A DNA stretch of 64,000 nt, taken from the NCBI GenBank assembly GCA_973895155.1, contig OZ316893.1, positions 7,030,963 through 7,094,962 of the forward strand, read 5' to 3'. Each line of letters begins with the position of its first letter. Position 1 is the stretch's first letter. Position numbers and translations under genes: made by a program. The notes beneath the pieces are model-generated. The model saw nothing but the letters and a program-made list of their open reading frames with translations. It ran no database searches and was not told where the DNA came from. This stretch comes from Marsupella aquatica. Lineage: Eukaryota; Plantae; Marchantiophyta. Shown piece after piece: positions 51,808-64,000 of this stretch.

Positions 51808-52991
51808 GGTAACTAAAACGGTTATGTCACATAAAATTACATTATGTTTTACGACATGGCGCTCTTATTTTTACCAAGAACTTGCCACAAACTGAAAATG
51901 AATAGTTCTTTTTATTTGGAAACAAATCCGTTCTTGTTTGCAGCACACCTTATGACGTGGTGCATTGTGGAGTCTCGAATTTTGGAAGGGACCTCTAATG
52001 GGGTCCATAAAAGAGGCAATTAGAAGCTATACTTGGGGTCTAGGTTTTTAGTGACTCTAAGACCCCCCCCCCCCCAAATGTGGATGAGACAAACTAAGAC
52101 TAGATGCTATTAATGCCAAAATGAATGTCATGCATGATTTGTCATCAATTCTCTTAACACTAGCTTGATTACCAGTTCAAGATGATCCCATGGACCAGAA
52201 CACGAGCCAGAACATTGATCTTTTGAAACCCCCATGGACCATATTTCCCAAGATTTGAGTTTAATTGCAATAACTTGGAATCTAAAGCCTCGATGGATCG
52301 AGACATTGTCCCTGCCTAGTCTCATGGATTGTGTAAAGCAATCACCACTCTTACTCCAAAAAAAAAGGAACCGGTTGTGGATTGTAGTGCCCACTTTGAC
52401 TACCTTGTGGAGAAAGTCATCAAAACATCATCATGTTTTTTTTGAAAATGACCTTAATTCAGTGTAATGGCTCAGTAATGTTGCCAGAGAAGATATAGCT
52501 TCTTTGTCTTGAAGTTCCAATCTCACTCCAATTGAAAACAAGAAAAATGGATTAATGAGATGAAAGATGTGATTGAAAACATTTGTGCCACTCCATCACT
52601 CCCATACCTGCTCCCATATCACGGATTCAAGTCCATCGTTCAGAAAATTGTCAAGTATTCACAAAATTCACAAGTACATAACATGTTTTCAAACTATGTG
52701 TGACATCTTGAGGACTTATTCTATAGGGTCATGAAAGTCCTCAACTTTTAGCAACGCAAGCCTTACCTTTGAATTTGGCAGATTGGGATATTTTTTACGG
52801 ACCCCACTAGAGGTCCCTTCCAAAATTTGACAATGTGCCACGCCATCATGATGCAGTGCAAACAGGAACAGATTGGTTTACAGAAATTACTTCATCTTTC
52901 ATGTTTGTGGTAGGATTTTGGTAAAATTGAGGACGCCATGCCGTAAACCATGATGTAAAAAATGTTTCAAAAATAACCATTTTATTTACCC
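51808..52991. mobile_element. Non-autonomous element with ~200-bp imperfect TIRs (MULE-like)
   Basis: 51808-52010 is an inverted repeat of 52795-52991 (ggtaa.taaaa.ggttat...aattttggaagggacctcta.tggggtcc); no TSD recognised. Confidence 0.65.
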
Positions 52992-53999
52992 TGAGCAACC
53001 GACTGTGCATTTAGTAGGAGGCACGGGTGGAGGCCCGCCCTGATTTGCCATTGATGAATAGCCTTGGATGAATTTTGTGTGTGAGTTTTGGGATAAATGT
53101 TCTCCTTCGGGCATTTGGATCGGTTGGATCGATTGGATGGATTTTATGACCAATTAGTGGGAATTCTAAAATAATGTAAGTTTTCCTTTTTGCTGCACAG
53201 AAGTTGGTGGGATGGCAGTGACAAGGAATTTGATCTAGAAAACACAACTTCGATCAGTTTCAAGGATGCAATGTTGCGGCTTTGGTGCTCATTTATCTCG
53301 ACAAATTAGTCATCATGACCGCGTTCATTGCCCTCATCATTGCAGCTGTAAGTTTCGTGGCAAATTTGGTTGTCCATAAAGGATGTGATTGCGTAGCAAG
53401 ACACAACTTATGGGATATGCTGTATCTGTTGACGAGTTGCAAGATATCGGATAGGTAGGTGGCTAAGCCATTTCCAGTCATCTTTTCAGGAAATCCTTCA
53501 TTTTAGCAGAGCCAATGTCCACACTAACAAACTCAGAAACAACTGAAGCTAAAGCGGTGGAAATGAGAAGCTACATCGATCCCATGAGTGGTACCTCTCT
53601 GCAACAAGCTTAGGATCAAACTCTGTCTTCATTCCTGCCTTTTATTCAGACTCAAATGAAAATTTCAAGGTTGCCGCATATCAGTTCTCATATTTGATAA
53701 TCCTTATGTCATGTCAAGTAGTTAGTTAGATTATTCTCTTGAACTCTAAACTACTTCGGACGGGGATGAAGAGCGGATCAAAGCAAGGACTCAAAACTGA
53801 GATCGGTAGAAACTAGATCGTAGAGCTCTTATGTACCCTCATCCTAATGGTGTTGCTTAATTTTCATGAGTGTCCAGTAAGTATGTCCAGTAGACAAAAC
53901 TATGTCCAGTAATTTTGATGATCGAGTTCCTTAGTTTAAGTCATCAGGATCAGGGTGTTAGATGTGCCTAAGCTAGATCACACCTCAAATTATAAATCG

Positions 54000-56690
54000 A
54001 GCATTGGTAAAGTACTTTTGTAACTTAGTTCAAACTAATATATTGCGGGATATATTGTCTTCATTACATTCAGCACTAGCAGATCTTTGTGACTCATTGA
54101 ATCAAGACAGGAAAACATCTTCGAGTCAGTACGTGTGCATGTACTACATTCGGGATTCAGAAGAGACCACCTGCACACAGGTGTCGCAAATAGGGATTGG
54201 GATAAAACACAATTATTGTATACAAGGGATGTCGAGTAAATTGTTGATCAATCATGGGTGAATGCAAAGTCAGTTCAACAACTGGCATGGCCGGGTCATT
54301 CCCAGGGACTTGTACGTGACCAGATTGATCGATAGAATTGATCTTCTTGAGACTATAAGAATTGAAATCAACAATTTGAAACAGAGAATCTTGCCAGCAG
54401 AGTATCTGATCGACATTCCACATCCTAATCTTTGAGAACTGTGATTGGAGGCTATAAGCGCATCAGTATATCTGATTAAAAGGTAACCAAGTTAATTGCA
54501 AATTAACAGTCGATGCCATTCTATCTTTTTCAATACAAGAGCTCGATCAGATTAACTGGTGATGCCAGCAATGCCAAACTTTAATTGACTGATTCTATGA
54601 ACAGTGATGTCTATATTGAGATCCTTCCCGTGGAATGGATGATACTATGATAGTTCCAGGTGAGCTAAAATGGCTATGATGCGTCTAATTTGAGTTCAGG
54701 TTCAGCAAAAAGTTTGGTAGTCCATTTCATTCTCACAAGGGATTCAACAGCGGATAAGTAATTATGACATGAATCAGGACTGAGACGAAGAAAAGCAAGA
54801 CTCATATGAAAACAGAAGGCGACAAAGTAAGAGTCCATTAAGAGCCTATTCAGAGCACCCAAGTGTTAACGGCAACAAACCCCTGCTGTTTGGGATCGGT
54901 ACTTTCAATCTCAATCAAAACAGATAGGGGTCCACGACTAATCGAAGAGCTTCTGGAACTCTGTGAAGCTGAAATCATTTTCAGCATGGTCTTTGATGTT
55001 CAATCTAGTGCTTGACAAAGTTTGAGACCTTTTTGAAATCATTTGTTTCAATTCCCATGAACACAAAGATGGTCAAAACAGAGATGGTCAAACTTGCAAT
55101 TAGCTATATAACTGTACAGACTATGGTAACTTTTTTACTTTGCTGGAGCCATTGAAGGAATTTCACACTAAGACGAATTAGACACAGGTTTTGGCGGCTG
55201 GAAGAAGATCTTGAATTTTAGGAAATCCTAGTTCTAAAGTGGATCCTGCAGCTTTAGCAACTTTATGATGCTGGATCGGCTTAGTAAAAATATTTACGAG
55301 GTGAAGTCCAGCTCTCAGAAAATTCTCGCGATAACAAAATACTGAACGATCCGAGGAAAGAATGCAAATGCAAAGCCTCCGATAGTTCAAGTTAGTTGTA
55401 TCTAATACAAACAAACCCCAACACATTGATTGAGGGCACTTGTTGCGACTCCTGAAAAGTTTCTTCTATTCTTGGTAACCTCTCGATGGGAACGGAAGAT
55501 GAAACCTACAGTAGATTTGTTCATAGCAAAGAGTAGTTCGGGACATCAAGACCAAGGTCACCATCTTCTTGGTGGAGTCCAGCTTTATTCGAGCGTAACG
55601 TTATGATCTCTCCTTTGCTGCCTGATATGGTTTGATTTGAAGGGTCGTAGAAACGAGTCTGATCAAAGCCCATTATTTTCAGACTGCCCAACGTCAAGCA
55701 TGAGCCTGTCTTTGTAAAATAACACGGCTATTCCAGTGCCTTGAAAACTGTTATATAATATGCCAGCCCTTAAAAATATGTCCAGATACTTTAGAAGTGT
55801 TTCCTTAGGATCGAGGTGGAAAATTGTGAGAGAGTTACCTCATATTATTGAATGTCGATCTATATCAAAGTCAGATGTTCCTGGAATCCGAAACCTCTTC
55901 TCCATTAATCTCTCTCTATATGTAGGAGTCTGTTGACGAAGGAAGGATCATTTCACACGGGTTATCTTAGGTGTAGGTCTAGACCCTGAATTTTATTAGC
56001 CAAGGGTACTCATAGTTTTCATAGATTGGAAGGACATCTTTTGGAGTGACCCAGGCCTCTCGGAACCATAGTTCAATTTTGAAATAGTCTAATGGATTCC
56101 AGACAACCGTCGCTCCTACACCTGGATGGCACAGATCTAAAGCGTTCACATAGGCCATTAATATCCTATGTCAAAAAAGTCTTCTGAGCCTTCATGAAGT
56201 GACAAATTGATCTAGCTAGATGCATGGGATGCCGATTGGCAACAGAGGCTTAACTTTTGTCCTGTGATGTTAGGCCCATCTTTGGTGCGTGGGACGGTAA
56301 CGACTCGATTGCCAGAGCCACGAACCTGACATTCTTCGATAAAACTGTGAGGTTAGTGAAAACTCTCCCTGACTAACGTTTTGAAGTTGTCATTTACTGC
56401 TTGTCGCTGCCCACTAGGGCGAAAGACTGGCAAGCCACCAGTGATTCATGGAGGCAGATCAAGATATGGACCCACTCCTCCATTGGTACTACCAATGGTA
56501 GCCAATTCCCTTCTGGTGTGACAAGCAAACGAGCTTGCTACAGTCGCAGATGGCCATTTTACAATAAGTTTGGTGGAAAAGAATTTTAGATTGCTCAAAA
56601 GGATTATTGGGACGACTCACACGGCTTGCCAGTGTTCTCAATATGACGCTCTTTAACAAAAGGCACTCGTGCCTACTATCCTATTATTAT
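54000..56690 (-). pseudogene. Endogenous viral element: C-terminal half (capping, connector, methyltransferase) of a negative-strand RNA virus L protein
   Basis: Manual minus-strand translation across lesions: VSRPNNPFEQ plus Cys cluster (56530-56623), GPYL[+1]GSAS (56450-56473), GSGNRV/RY (56296-56320), GSEDFF (56173-56190), D*TSKT...VLIEIES (54901-55005); order and spacing fit PRNTase motifs A, B, D, E and the MTase Asp strand; left end approximate. Confidence 0.6.
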
Positions 56691-58254
56691 TATTTTGCTG
56701 TGTAAGTGGACGGCCAAAGTAGTAGACAATTCTATTGCTTTCCGTTTCAGTTAGTCTGGTAAAGTTTTAGGATGCAGATAATAATGGTTTCGTTGTGATT
56801 TTTCAGCTAAATTTTACTTTAGACAATGTGGGCAGGCCAAACATGCCTCAAAACGTATTAGGGCGTGGTGAGCGCCCAGGTGCGCGTCAATTTTTACACA
56901 ATTATGAAAAATTAGGAAAAGACCCGCCACCACATTACGAGACGAGCATTCAATGGTTGAAATCATTGAGGTCATGCTAGGGCGTCTGGACAACATGGAT
57001 GAGGATATTAAGGCTAAGGTTTGTGAAAAGAAGGAAAAATGTGATACCAACAAGAATATGAGTTTGTTTAGCTACTGGAAACAGAATCCACATTCCAAGC
57101 AATTCGGTAGCAATTGATAGTTTAAACCAAGTTAACTCATGATACAATGTCGAAAACGGACTCCCCAAGGGTAGGTCGATGCTGAGGCCTGCTCACGCTT
57201 CTACAGTCGTAGGTCGATCTTGCTAGCACAGAACGGAACGTAACTCAGTTGTTTCTACTGTCAATATTGATGGGGGAGCGTTCTCTCGTCAGAAATGTGG
57301 GCCAGCAGATTGCCGGCAGTTATTGACATGTCATCTAACGAAAATTTATTGTGAAATTATGTCGAGAGTTACATGTCCCAGTTCACGAGACTGAAAGGAC
57401 AACTCCTGAATCCAAATCAACGCCCCGCAAGTCTCGGTCACGAGATGGCCAAAACTATGGACAACCAGAAAACCGAAGACAACCTGATTGTGTGGGGAGA
57501 CAGGATCTGCACTGTTAATGAATGAGGGATATCCTGGCTACAGTACTCTATCTACTACAGAATCATAGTAATCAACGACTATGTTCCGAAACCACGGCTG
57601 AAATAGAGTAAAATGTGAGATTGAAGGAAAACTTTCATCACGATTCAACTACAGTAGTTGAGTGCGAGCCAACTTGAGTTCTGCGCATTATATTGTAATG
57701 TAGTTATTTTAATGTTCTGCGCATTTGCCTTGCAATGCCCACGGTACTGTAACGAGAAAGATTAGCCGATCTGTTGAGGTCCCGACGCTTAGCTGAGCAG
57801 CTTCAGACAGTCATGGAGCTACTTCAGACAGTCATGGAGCTACTGTAGCTGCAACTCGGATTAATTCCCATGCATCCGGCCAAGTCTGTGCCAGTGTGCA
57901 ACCTTTGCAATTTTAGTTTGCTTTGAATAGAAATCTTTTGGGTTTACCCCCGGCCGGCGGGGAAACGAAATCTACAAATTTGGCCCCAAAACATTTCATT
58001 TTGTCCTATGCATTAGGTAACCAGCTCAAATCTTGGCTGGAAATGTGACGAAAACTCACCAAATTATTTTTCTAAGAACACTGCAGCCACAGCTCCTTTC
58101 CCGTTGGTCCCATGGGGTGATGGTGGGTCGTGGGCTGTTGTCGGCAACCAGAGCTAAACAACAGGTGAGAGGAAGAAATGATGAATGTGGACTAGAAGAG
58201 TAGAGCAGTACTGTATAGTACTGACTGGGCTCTGTGGTGCGTGATGAGTAGTTG

Positions 58255-59078
58255 TAGTAGTAGAAGCGAGAGATAGCGAGAGAAGGAGACAGAGTACTAT
58301 ACTTAGTTACGTACTACTCATGAGCTGATGAGCTCTCCGGCTCATTAGTAGAGAGCGAGTGAGAGAGACAGGATCACAGGACAGGCTCAGCGGTCGGAGA
58401 GATCGAGAGTAGCATTGGAGAATTAGCAGGAGGTAGAGGAGCAACAGCCAGCGACAGAGCAGACACATCTCCATTTGTTCTTTGTGGTCCGCATAGCTAG
58501 CAGATGTCTGATTCTCCCTGCCTGCCTCTGCTAGATTGCTGGACTTGCTGGGCTCGACCGCGAGGCAACAGCAGCAGCAGCGAACATTGGTGAACGACAG
58601 ATTGATTCATTGATTGTTGACTTTGGGAAAGAGAGCCGAAAGTGGGTGGTGTTTCCCACACCGAATCGGAGTTGGCTCTTGAGTGTGTAATAATGTAGAA
58701 GAAGAAGCAGGAGAAGAAAATAATCGTACCGTCCCTTCAGCTTGGAGAAGAAGCTGAGCTGATACAGTCTTGAACACGGGTAGACGACAGGACGAGTTTC
58801 GTTGAGAGGAAAACGGAAGCCAAGAAAGTTCATTGCGAGGGGCTTCCAATTGAACGTTGGATTGAACTGAGGGGGGAGAAACGAGGAAGGCAAAGATTGA
58901 GAGGGAGACGAACAAGAGAGGAGGGGAGGGGATGAGCAAGAGAGAAGGCTTGCATTGCGGCCAAGAAAAGGAGGAGGAGGCAAAGGAACAGCAGACCTGA
59001 GCAGCGAGACGAAACGAAGACGCCAGGCTGGGATAAGAGGCGGCAACGGGTCTTGGGAGTGATCAACTCCTCAGTGCA
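58255..59078 (+). promoter_or_regulatory. GA-rich promoter / long 5' UTR of the LRX gene
   Basis: Strong purine (GA) strand bias directly upstream of the signal-peptide ATG. Confidence 0.45.
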
Positions 59079-62011
59079 ATGCGGTACATGGGCGGATTGT
59101 GGGTGGTGCTGCTGCTATGGAGCTCTCTACTCGGGACGTTCGGTGCTCAAGGTCCGTTCCCCCGGCTCATGCTCTCGCAGTCGCTGCATTCTCCCCGAAT
59201 CTCCTTCTTTCCCGAATTATGTGTGCCCTCTTGCAGGTCCAGCTCTGTAGAGCAAGCAAAACTATGAGTGCTCGGCAAAAAGATCCCAGAATGATTAAAT
59301 TGAGAATCATTGTGCAGGACTAGTGTCACAAAGTAAGACAGTAGTGAAGAATGGATCTAGGCCAAGGGCAGCGTGAGGACAGGGTTGGAGTGTAGACTGA
59401 ATCAGGGCGAAGGGAACGGTGAGGACACCGTCGGACTAGTGTTGTGGATCAGGCGAGGTTTATCTGAAGAATATTGAGGGGTCAACTGTCGCAATGCACT
59501 GCGAACAAGTCCGCTCAAAAGCTAGCTCACTCAATTAGATCGCAACTCCAGTGTAGTAGAGCAGGAGAGGCGCCAGTAAGGCACGCTGGTGACGCCAATG
59601 TGCTGTTCAAAGTTGAGAGGATGAACAACACATTTTAAGTGGTAACGTTAATAAGAATGTCGTAGTTGTCAGATTGGGAGGTGCTAGTTCTGTGATGTGG
59701 GCATGGTATTGGATTGCGCGCGGCTGGGATCGTAGCATTGGCCGTCACTTCAAACCTTGCTGTGCCACTTGGCACGGGAGATCGGACCTTTTAGGCCTAG
59801 ATTGAATTGAACTGGAAATTGGGGCTGTTCTGTGTAGCCCAATTCTGAGTGTTTCTTTATCTTCTTCTGGTAGTCGATCATGCTCGTGCCGTGACTCGTG
59901 GTGGCCACAGCCAAGCACTGGCAGATTGTAAATGGATTCTAATTGTTAGAATTCCTTCTTGGGAAGTGATGTCCAGTAGATTGTGGTGAAAAAGTACAGT
60001 TGGGCAGCTGGGGCGTGGGAGTTCTGGAAATGAGGGGGCTCCCGACCGAGTCAGACGGAATTCGACTGCCACTAATCAATTGCAAAGAACAATTACGCTA
60101 AAGATTTGAGAAAATTTTCCTGAGATGTGAGAGACCGACCTCTTGAACCGGGATGTCGTTTCTAGTGATGCCGTTGGCATCGTACGTATACCTCTGTGTG
60201 GGAGTAATATTGCAGTCTTCTATCGTACTTGCAGGTTGGAATAAACTAGATCGTATTGTTTGTATTGTCTGAATCGTTTTCTTATTGGATGGAAAGGTGA
60301 TTGGGCATATAATGCATCTTTTTTACGTCCAGGATGTATGTCTAGAGAGTGAGACTGACGTTGGAAGAATTGGACAATTGGACTAGCAGGACATCCATAT
60401 GGCCAAGAGGACGAGAATGGGCATTCGCGGGGCGCCCCAGAGTATCGGCTTGGACGGGGCCATCATCCGCCTGGAGTCGGCCATCACCCACCCGGAGTTG
60501 GGCACCATTCACCTATCAAGGATGCCATCTGGGGCTTGCAATCCTGGGCAAAGGTGATCACAAAGGATCCACTAGGCATCACGAAGACATGGGTGGGCGA
60601 TGATCCCTGCTCTTCGGACTATCCCTGGGGAGGAGTTTTCTGTGACACAGACACAACAACAGGGGAGCTAGTCGTTGCTGGCATTGATCTGAATCATGCA
60701 CAACTCGGTGGAATTATCTCTCCAGATCTGTGCTGGATTGACACTCTCGCCCTCTTCCACATCAACTCCAATGAATTCGAGGGCACCATCCCGTCCACGT
60801 TCAGCAAACTGGGGCGCCTTTCGGAACTGGACGTCAGCAACAACATGCTGTCAGGGCCGTTTCCCAGCGTTGTTCTGCAGTTCCCAAATCTTATTTATTT
60901 GGACATCCGCTTCAACGGATTTTCGGGACCACTTCCGAAGGAGGCTTTTGAACTTTCCCTGGACGCCTTATTCGTGAACGACAATTCTTTTGAGGGCTCC
61001 ATTCCGGAGAACTTTGGTATGTCTCCTGTCTCAGTGGCGGTGTTCGCGAACAATTATCTCTCTGGAGGAATTCCGAAGTCCATTGCCAACATGTCCAGCA
61101 CGTTGAACCAGATTGTGCTCTCAAATAATAAGCTGGATGGCGCACTTCCGGATCAGTTTGGCTACCTCAACCAGGTGGTGCTTTTCGACGTGTCTTTCAA
61201 CAATTTTAGCAGCACCCTGCCCTCTACTATTAACAACTTGCAGAATCTGGCTCAATTTGACATCGCCAACAACAGTATATATGGATCTCTGACCGAGGGC
61301 TTGTGTAATCTTCCCCGTTTAGCGAATGTGACAATCTCAGATAACTTCTTTCTGGGTGAGGATTCATCCTGTGCTAAGCTCGCTTCAAGCGGGGTGATTT
61401 TCAATGTCCAAGGAAATTGTTTCCGTGACAGGTCTTCCGTCCAGAAAAACAATCAGACTTGTACCACTTTCTACAATAATCTTCCCAAGCCACCTTCCCC
61501 ACCTCCTCCACCTCCGTCTCCCCCACCTCCATCTCCTCCTCCTCCATCCCCTTCGCCCCCACCTCCATCTCCATCTCCTCCTCCCCCATCCCCGCCTCCT
61601 CCACCTCCTTCACCACCACCTCCATGTAATCCTCCTCCTCCACCGCCTACATTGCCTCCATGTTCTGATTTTTTCCCACCACCACCACCACCTGAATGGC
61701 ACTACCCCCCACCAACTTGGACGACTCCTCCTCCTCCGCCTACTTTGGAAGCCCCTCCTCCTCCGCCCCCTACTTGGGAAGCCCCTCCTCCTCCAGATAC
61801 ATGCCCACCCCCATCGCCACCTCCAACGGCACCTGCGCCACCACCTCCATCACCCCCACCCCCACCCCCATCTCCTCCGCCTCCTGTATATGCACCACCA
61901 CCTCCTTGCTCAATGGGTCCAGGGGAGATCTGGCCCCCATACTTGCCCCCTCCCCCCTCATGGGTGGTACAGTCACCTCCTCATGGTGCTCCTCCTCCAC
62001 CCTACCGCTAG
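59079..62011 (+). CDS. Leucine-rich repeat extensin (LRX/PEX-like); exons 59079-59151 and 60390-62011, ~564 aa
   Basis: Exon 1 encodes a signal peptide; phase-1 GT..AG intron with CTGAC branch site at ~60355; W.G.D.C..GVFC cap, VAGIDLNHA, LALFHINSNEF, LSELDVSNN LRRs, Cys-rich linker, SP3-5 extensin tail. Confidence 0.9.
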
Positions 62012-62399
62012 GGGAAAAGTTGGGGAAGCATCATCAAGCCCTCGTAGCTACCTGCTTCCGAGCTGCCACAGGAAAGGTGTGGCTGGAGAGGATGGCATGG
62101 CTTCTAACATAACGGCTTACAGGCGAACTGTACACGGAACACCAACAGTTGCGAGACTGCAGCAGACACACACGCTGTGTTCGATTGTCGTGGGGAGGTT
62201 TAAGCACACCACCCCTTCTGCTGCCTGTGTGTTAAATTGGCGTGGGGAGGATAAAGCACCCACCCCTTCTGCTGCTCACTATTCACGGTGCTTCAATTTA
62301 TTTCATTATACCCTCAACTAATTCTTTGATTTAGAACTCGTAGGCTGATTACTGTAGAGTGTTCTGGGAAGACAATTGGATTTGAATATGTGGAGCCTT

Positions 62400-64000
62400 T
62401 TCCACCATTGGTTGTGAGATTATTTCGTGGTGAATAAAACTCTCCTCACAGTGCGGAGGAATATCATCAGAGCAATCGAGTCCCGGATTTCTGAGGTTGT
62501 GTACATTCTCAGGAGAGAAATTATGTTCTTTCCTTCATATGTGAGAACGTTTAACATATGCAAATCGATGGATGCTTTCGCTGTTTTCCCCATTGTGTGT
62601 GGTTGTCTACGAGTCCTTGACGAGTTGATCTCTTCGTATCTTCTCAGGCAACGCAACGGCGTGACGATTAACGCTATCTTCTGCAGTATGGCTTTCGTGT
62701 TAGATGATTCGCTCTGGACACATTATCGCCATAGGAGAAGGCTGAGGAACGTTGTTCTTCTTTATGGTTCGTGTGAATGGACTTAATTCTCATATCTCAT
62801 GTTGATGTTCACTAGGGTGTATGACCAAGATATCGTAAACTGGTTTAGTTTTATTAATGTGAAGGCCATAAAGTAAAAGCTTTTACAAGGATTGGGCTGT
62901 TGCTATTCCCCGCTTGTAAGCCTCTGGGTCAAGACTTTCCAGAAGGGTGGTACTTGGCCTTCTTTCGGTTCCTCTCTTCATTCTTCGTTTGAGGAACTCG
63001 TTTAGGGTCATGATTTCAACTAGTCACGGACAGGGGAAGATTGTATCTCTTATGTTGTTAGCTCCGGTCAAGTATTTCCAATCCGGACAAGTATTTCAAA
63101 TGCGGTCAAGTTTGCTTGTTTGGGGGCTGGGGGGAAGCCCCCAGGGAGGCACCTCCATGGTTTGTGAGGCAAGGTTGACCCGGCTCACAAACCACTTCTT
63201 ATTTTCATGACAAGTTTTGTATCACTGATGCACGTAGTACCCAATATATACACTGCTCCGATCAATCGTGTTGATCCACTTCCAAAGCATACTCCAAAGA
63301 GATTTACACGTCCATTGCCCTCATTTCCTCATTTCTCAACAAATGTCCACTGCAATTTTTTGTTCCTAAGTTCAACTATATTTGCCAGTAAAGCGTTCAA
63401 AGATAATTCAGAACTCTACGGCACGGCACAAGGCCTGCGATATCCCCCAAATAGCCATTTTGGCTGTCATAAGCTCTTGCTTTCAACTCCTAGGTTTTCC
63501 ATCAATGTACAAAAAGCGCCTCCCATTTCGTTTCTATTCGCTGATATCCTTGTTCTTTGAGACATCAGAGGTCAGTCCTCTTCCGGATGTGTGTAGTAGC
63601 CCCTCCAACCAGGAGCCAGGCCTAATACAGAAGAACACTCCTCCAAATTTGCTCAGATCAAAGAAGAGTAAGGGAAATATACAGCATATGGCAAGTTGAC
63701 AAAAGCCGAGACCTAAATAAGTGCTTTACTCACTGCCGGACATGACAGTTTCTTCTTCTGCACCAGCTAGGCCACTACAATGCTAGACGTTCAGACAAAG
63801 GATGATCTTAACATGTCCCACTTTGCATAATATGAGATCGGGCAGCCTGACTGAAGTTCGACAGCTCGGGGCCAAGACTGATGCTCCAATACATTTGGAG
63901 AATTTCAGCCATTAACTCCAACACATTCCTGTGAACCATACCTGGCCTAGCGATTCCCAGCAGTTCGCTTTAGAGCTGAGAGAAATCCCTTTTTGTGGTC
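62400..64000 (-). pseudogene. Endogenous viral element: RdRp core of a negative-strand RNA virus L protein (qinvirus-like), continuing past the window end
   Basis: Minus strand: KRDF (63982-63993), ELMAEILQMY, IILCLNV/SWC (63760-63806), LFR..L..CH, WLEGLL (63594-63611), FLYIDG (63498-63515), LNYL*TLYW (63385-63411): premotif F and motifs A, B, C, E in order with plausible spacing. Confidence 0.65.

Noticed and set aside
58531-59046. 171-aa minus-strand ORF
   Set aside because: Low-complexity translation of the GA-rich LRX leader.
59237-59331. Extra LRX exon after the ttgcag acceptor at 59236
   Set aside because: Splicing from the phase-1 donor at 59151 hits TAG after four codons; the 60390 acceptor keeps the frame open.
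61404-62321. 305-aa His/Leu-rich ORF and Glu-rich antisense ORFs
   Set aside because: Alternative frames of the proline-codon extensin tail.
63640-63670. FDLSKF as RdRp motif A
   Set aside because: Spacing from the premotif and to motif B fits the IILCLNV/SWC site at 63760-63806 better; probably a chance frame.

Overview
Transposon-rich eukaryotic DNA from a land plant, probably a bryophyte (inferred from gene and intron style). There are two apparently intact non-TE genes: an intronless, signal-peptide-bearing enoyl-CoA hydratase/crotonase of fungal/bacterial type (31300-32235) and a two-exon leucine-rich-repeat extensin, LRX (59079-62011). Mobile DNA includes two full-length Tnt1/Tork-type Copia elements (1034-7169, 42581-49183), an 8-kb fungal-like PIF/Harbinger-group (Pangu-like) transposon with extra cargo ORFs (34501-42463), degenerate L1 LINEs and several MITE families. 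The most notable signal is missed by the ORF track. Manual translation through stops and frameshifts suggests a decayed negative-strand RNA virus L polymerase gene on the minus strand, with the RdRp core at ~62400-64000 and capping/methyltransferase domains at ~54000-56690. The two halves appear collinear and are separated by the ~5.7-kb block carrying the intact LRX gene. All homology calls are by-eye motif recognition and need database confirmation.
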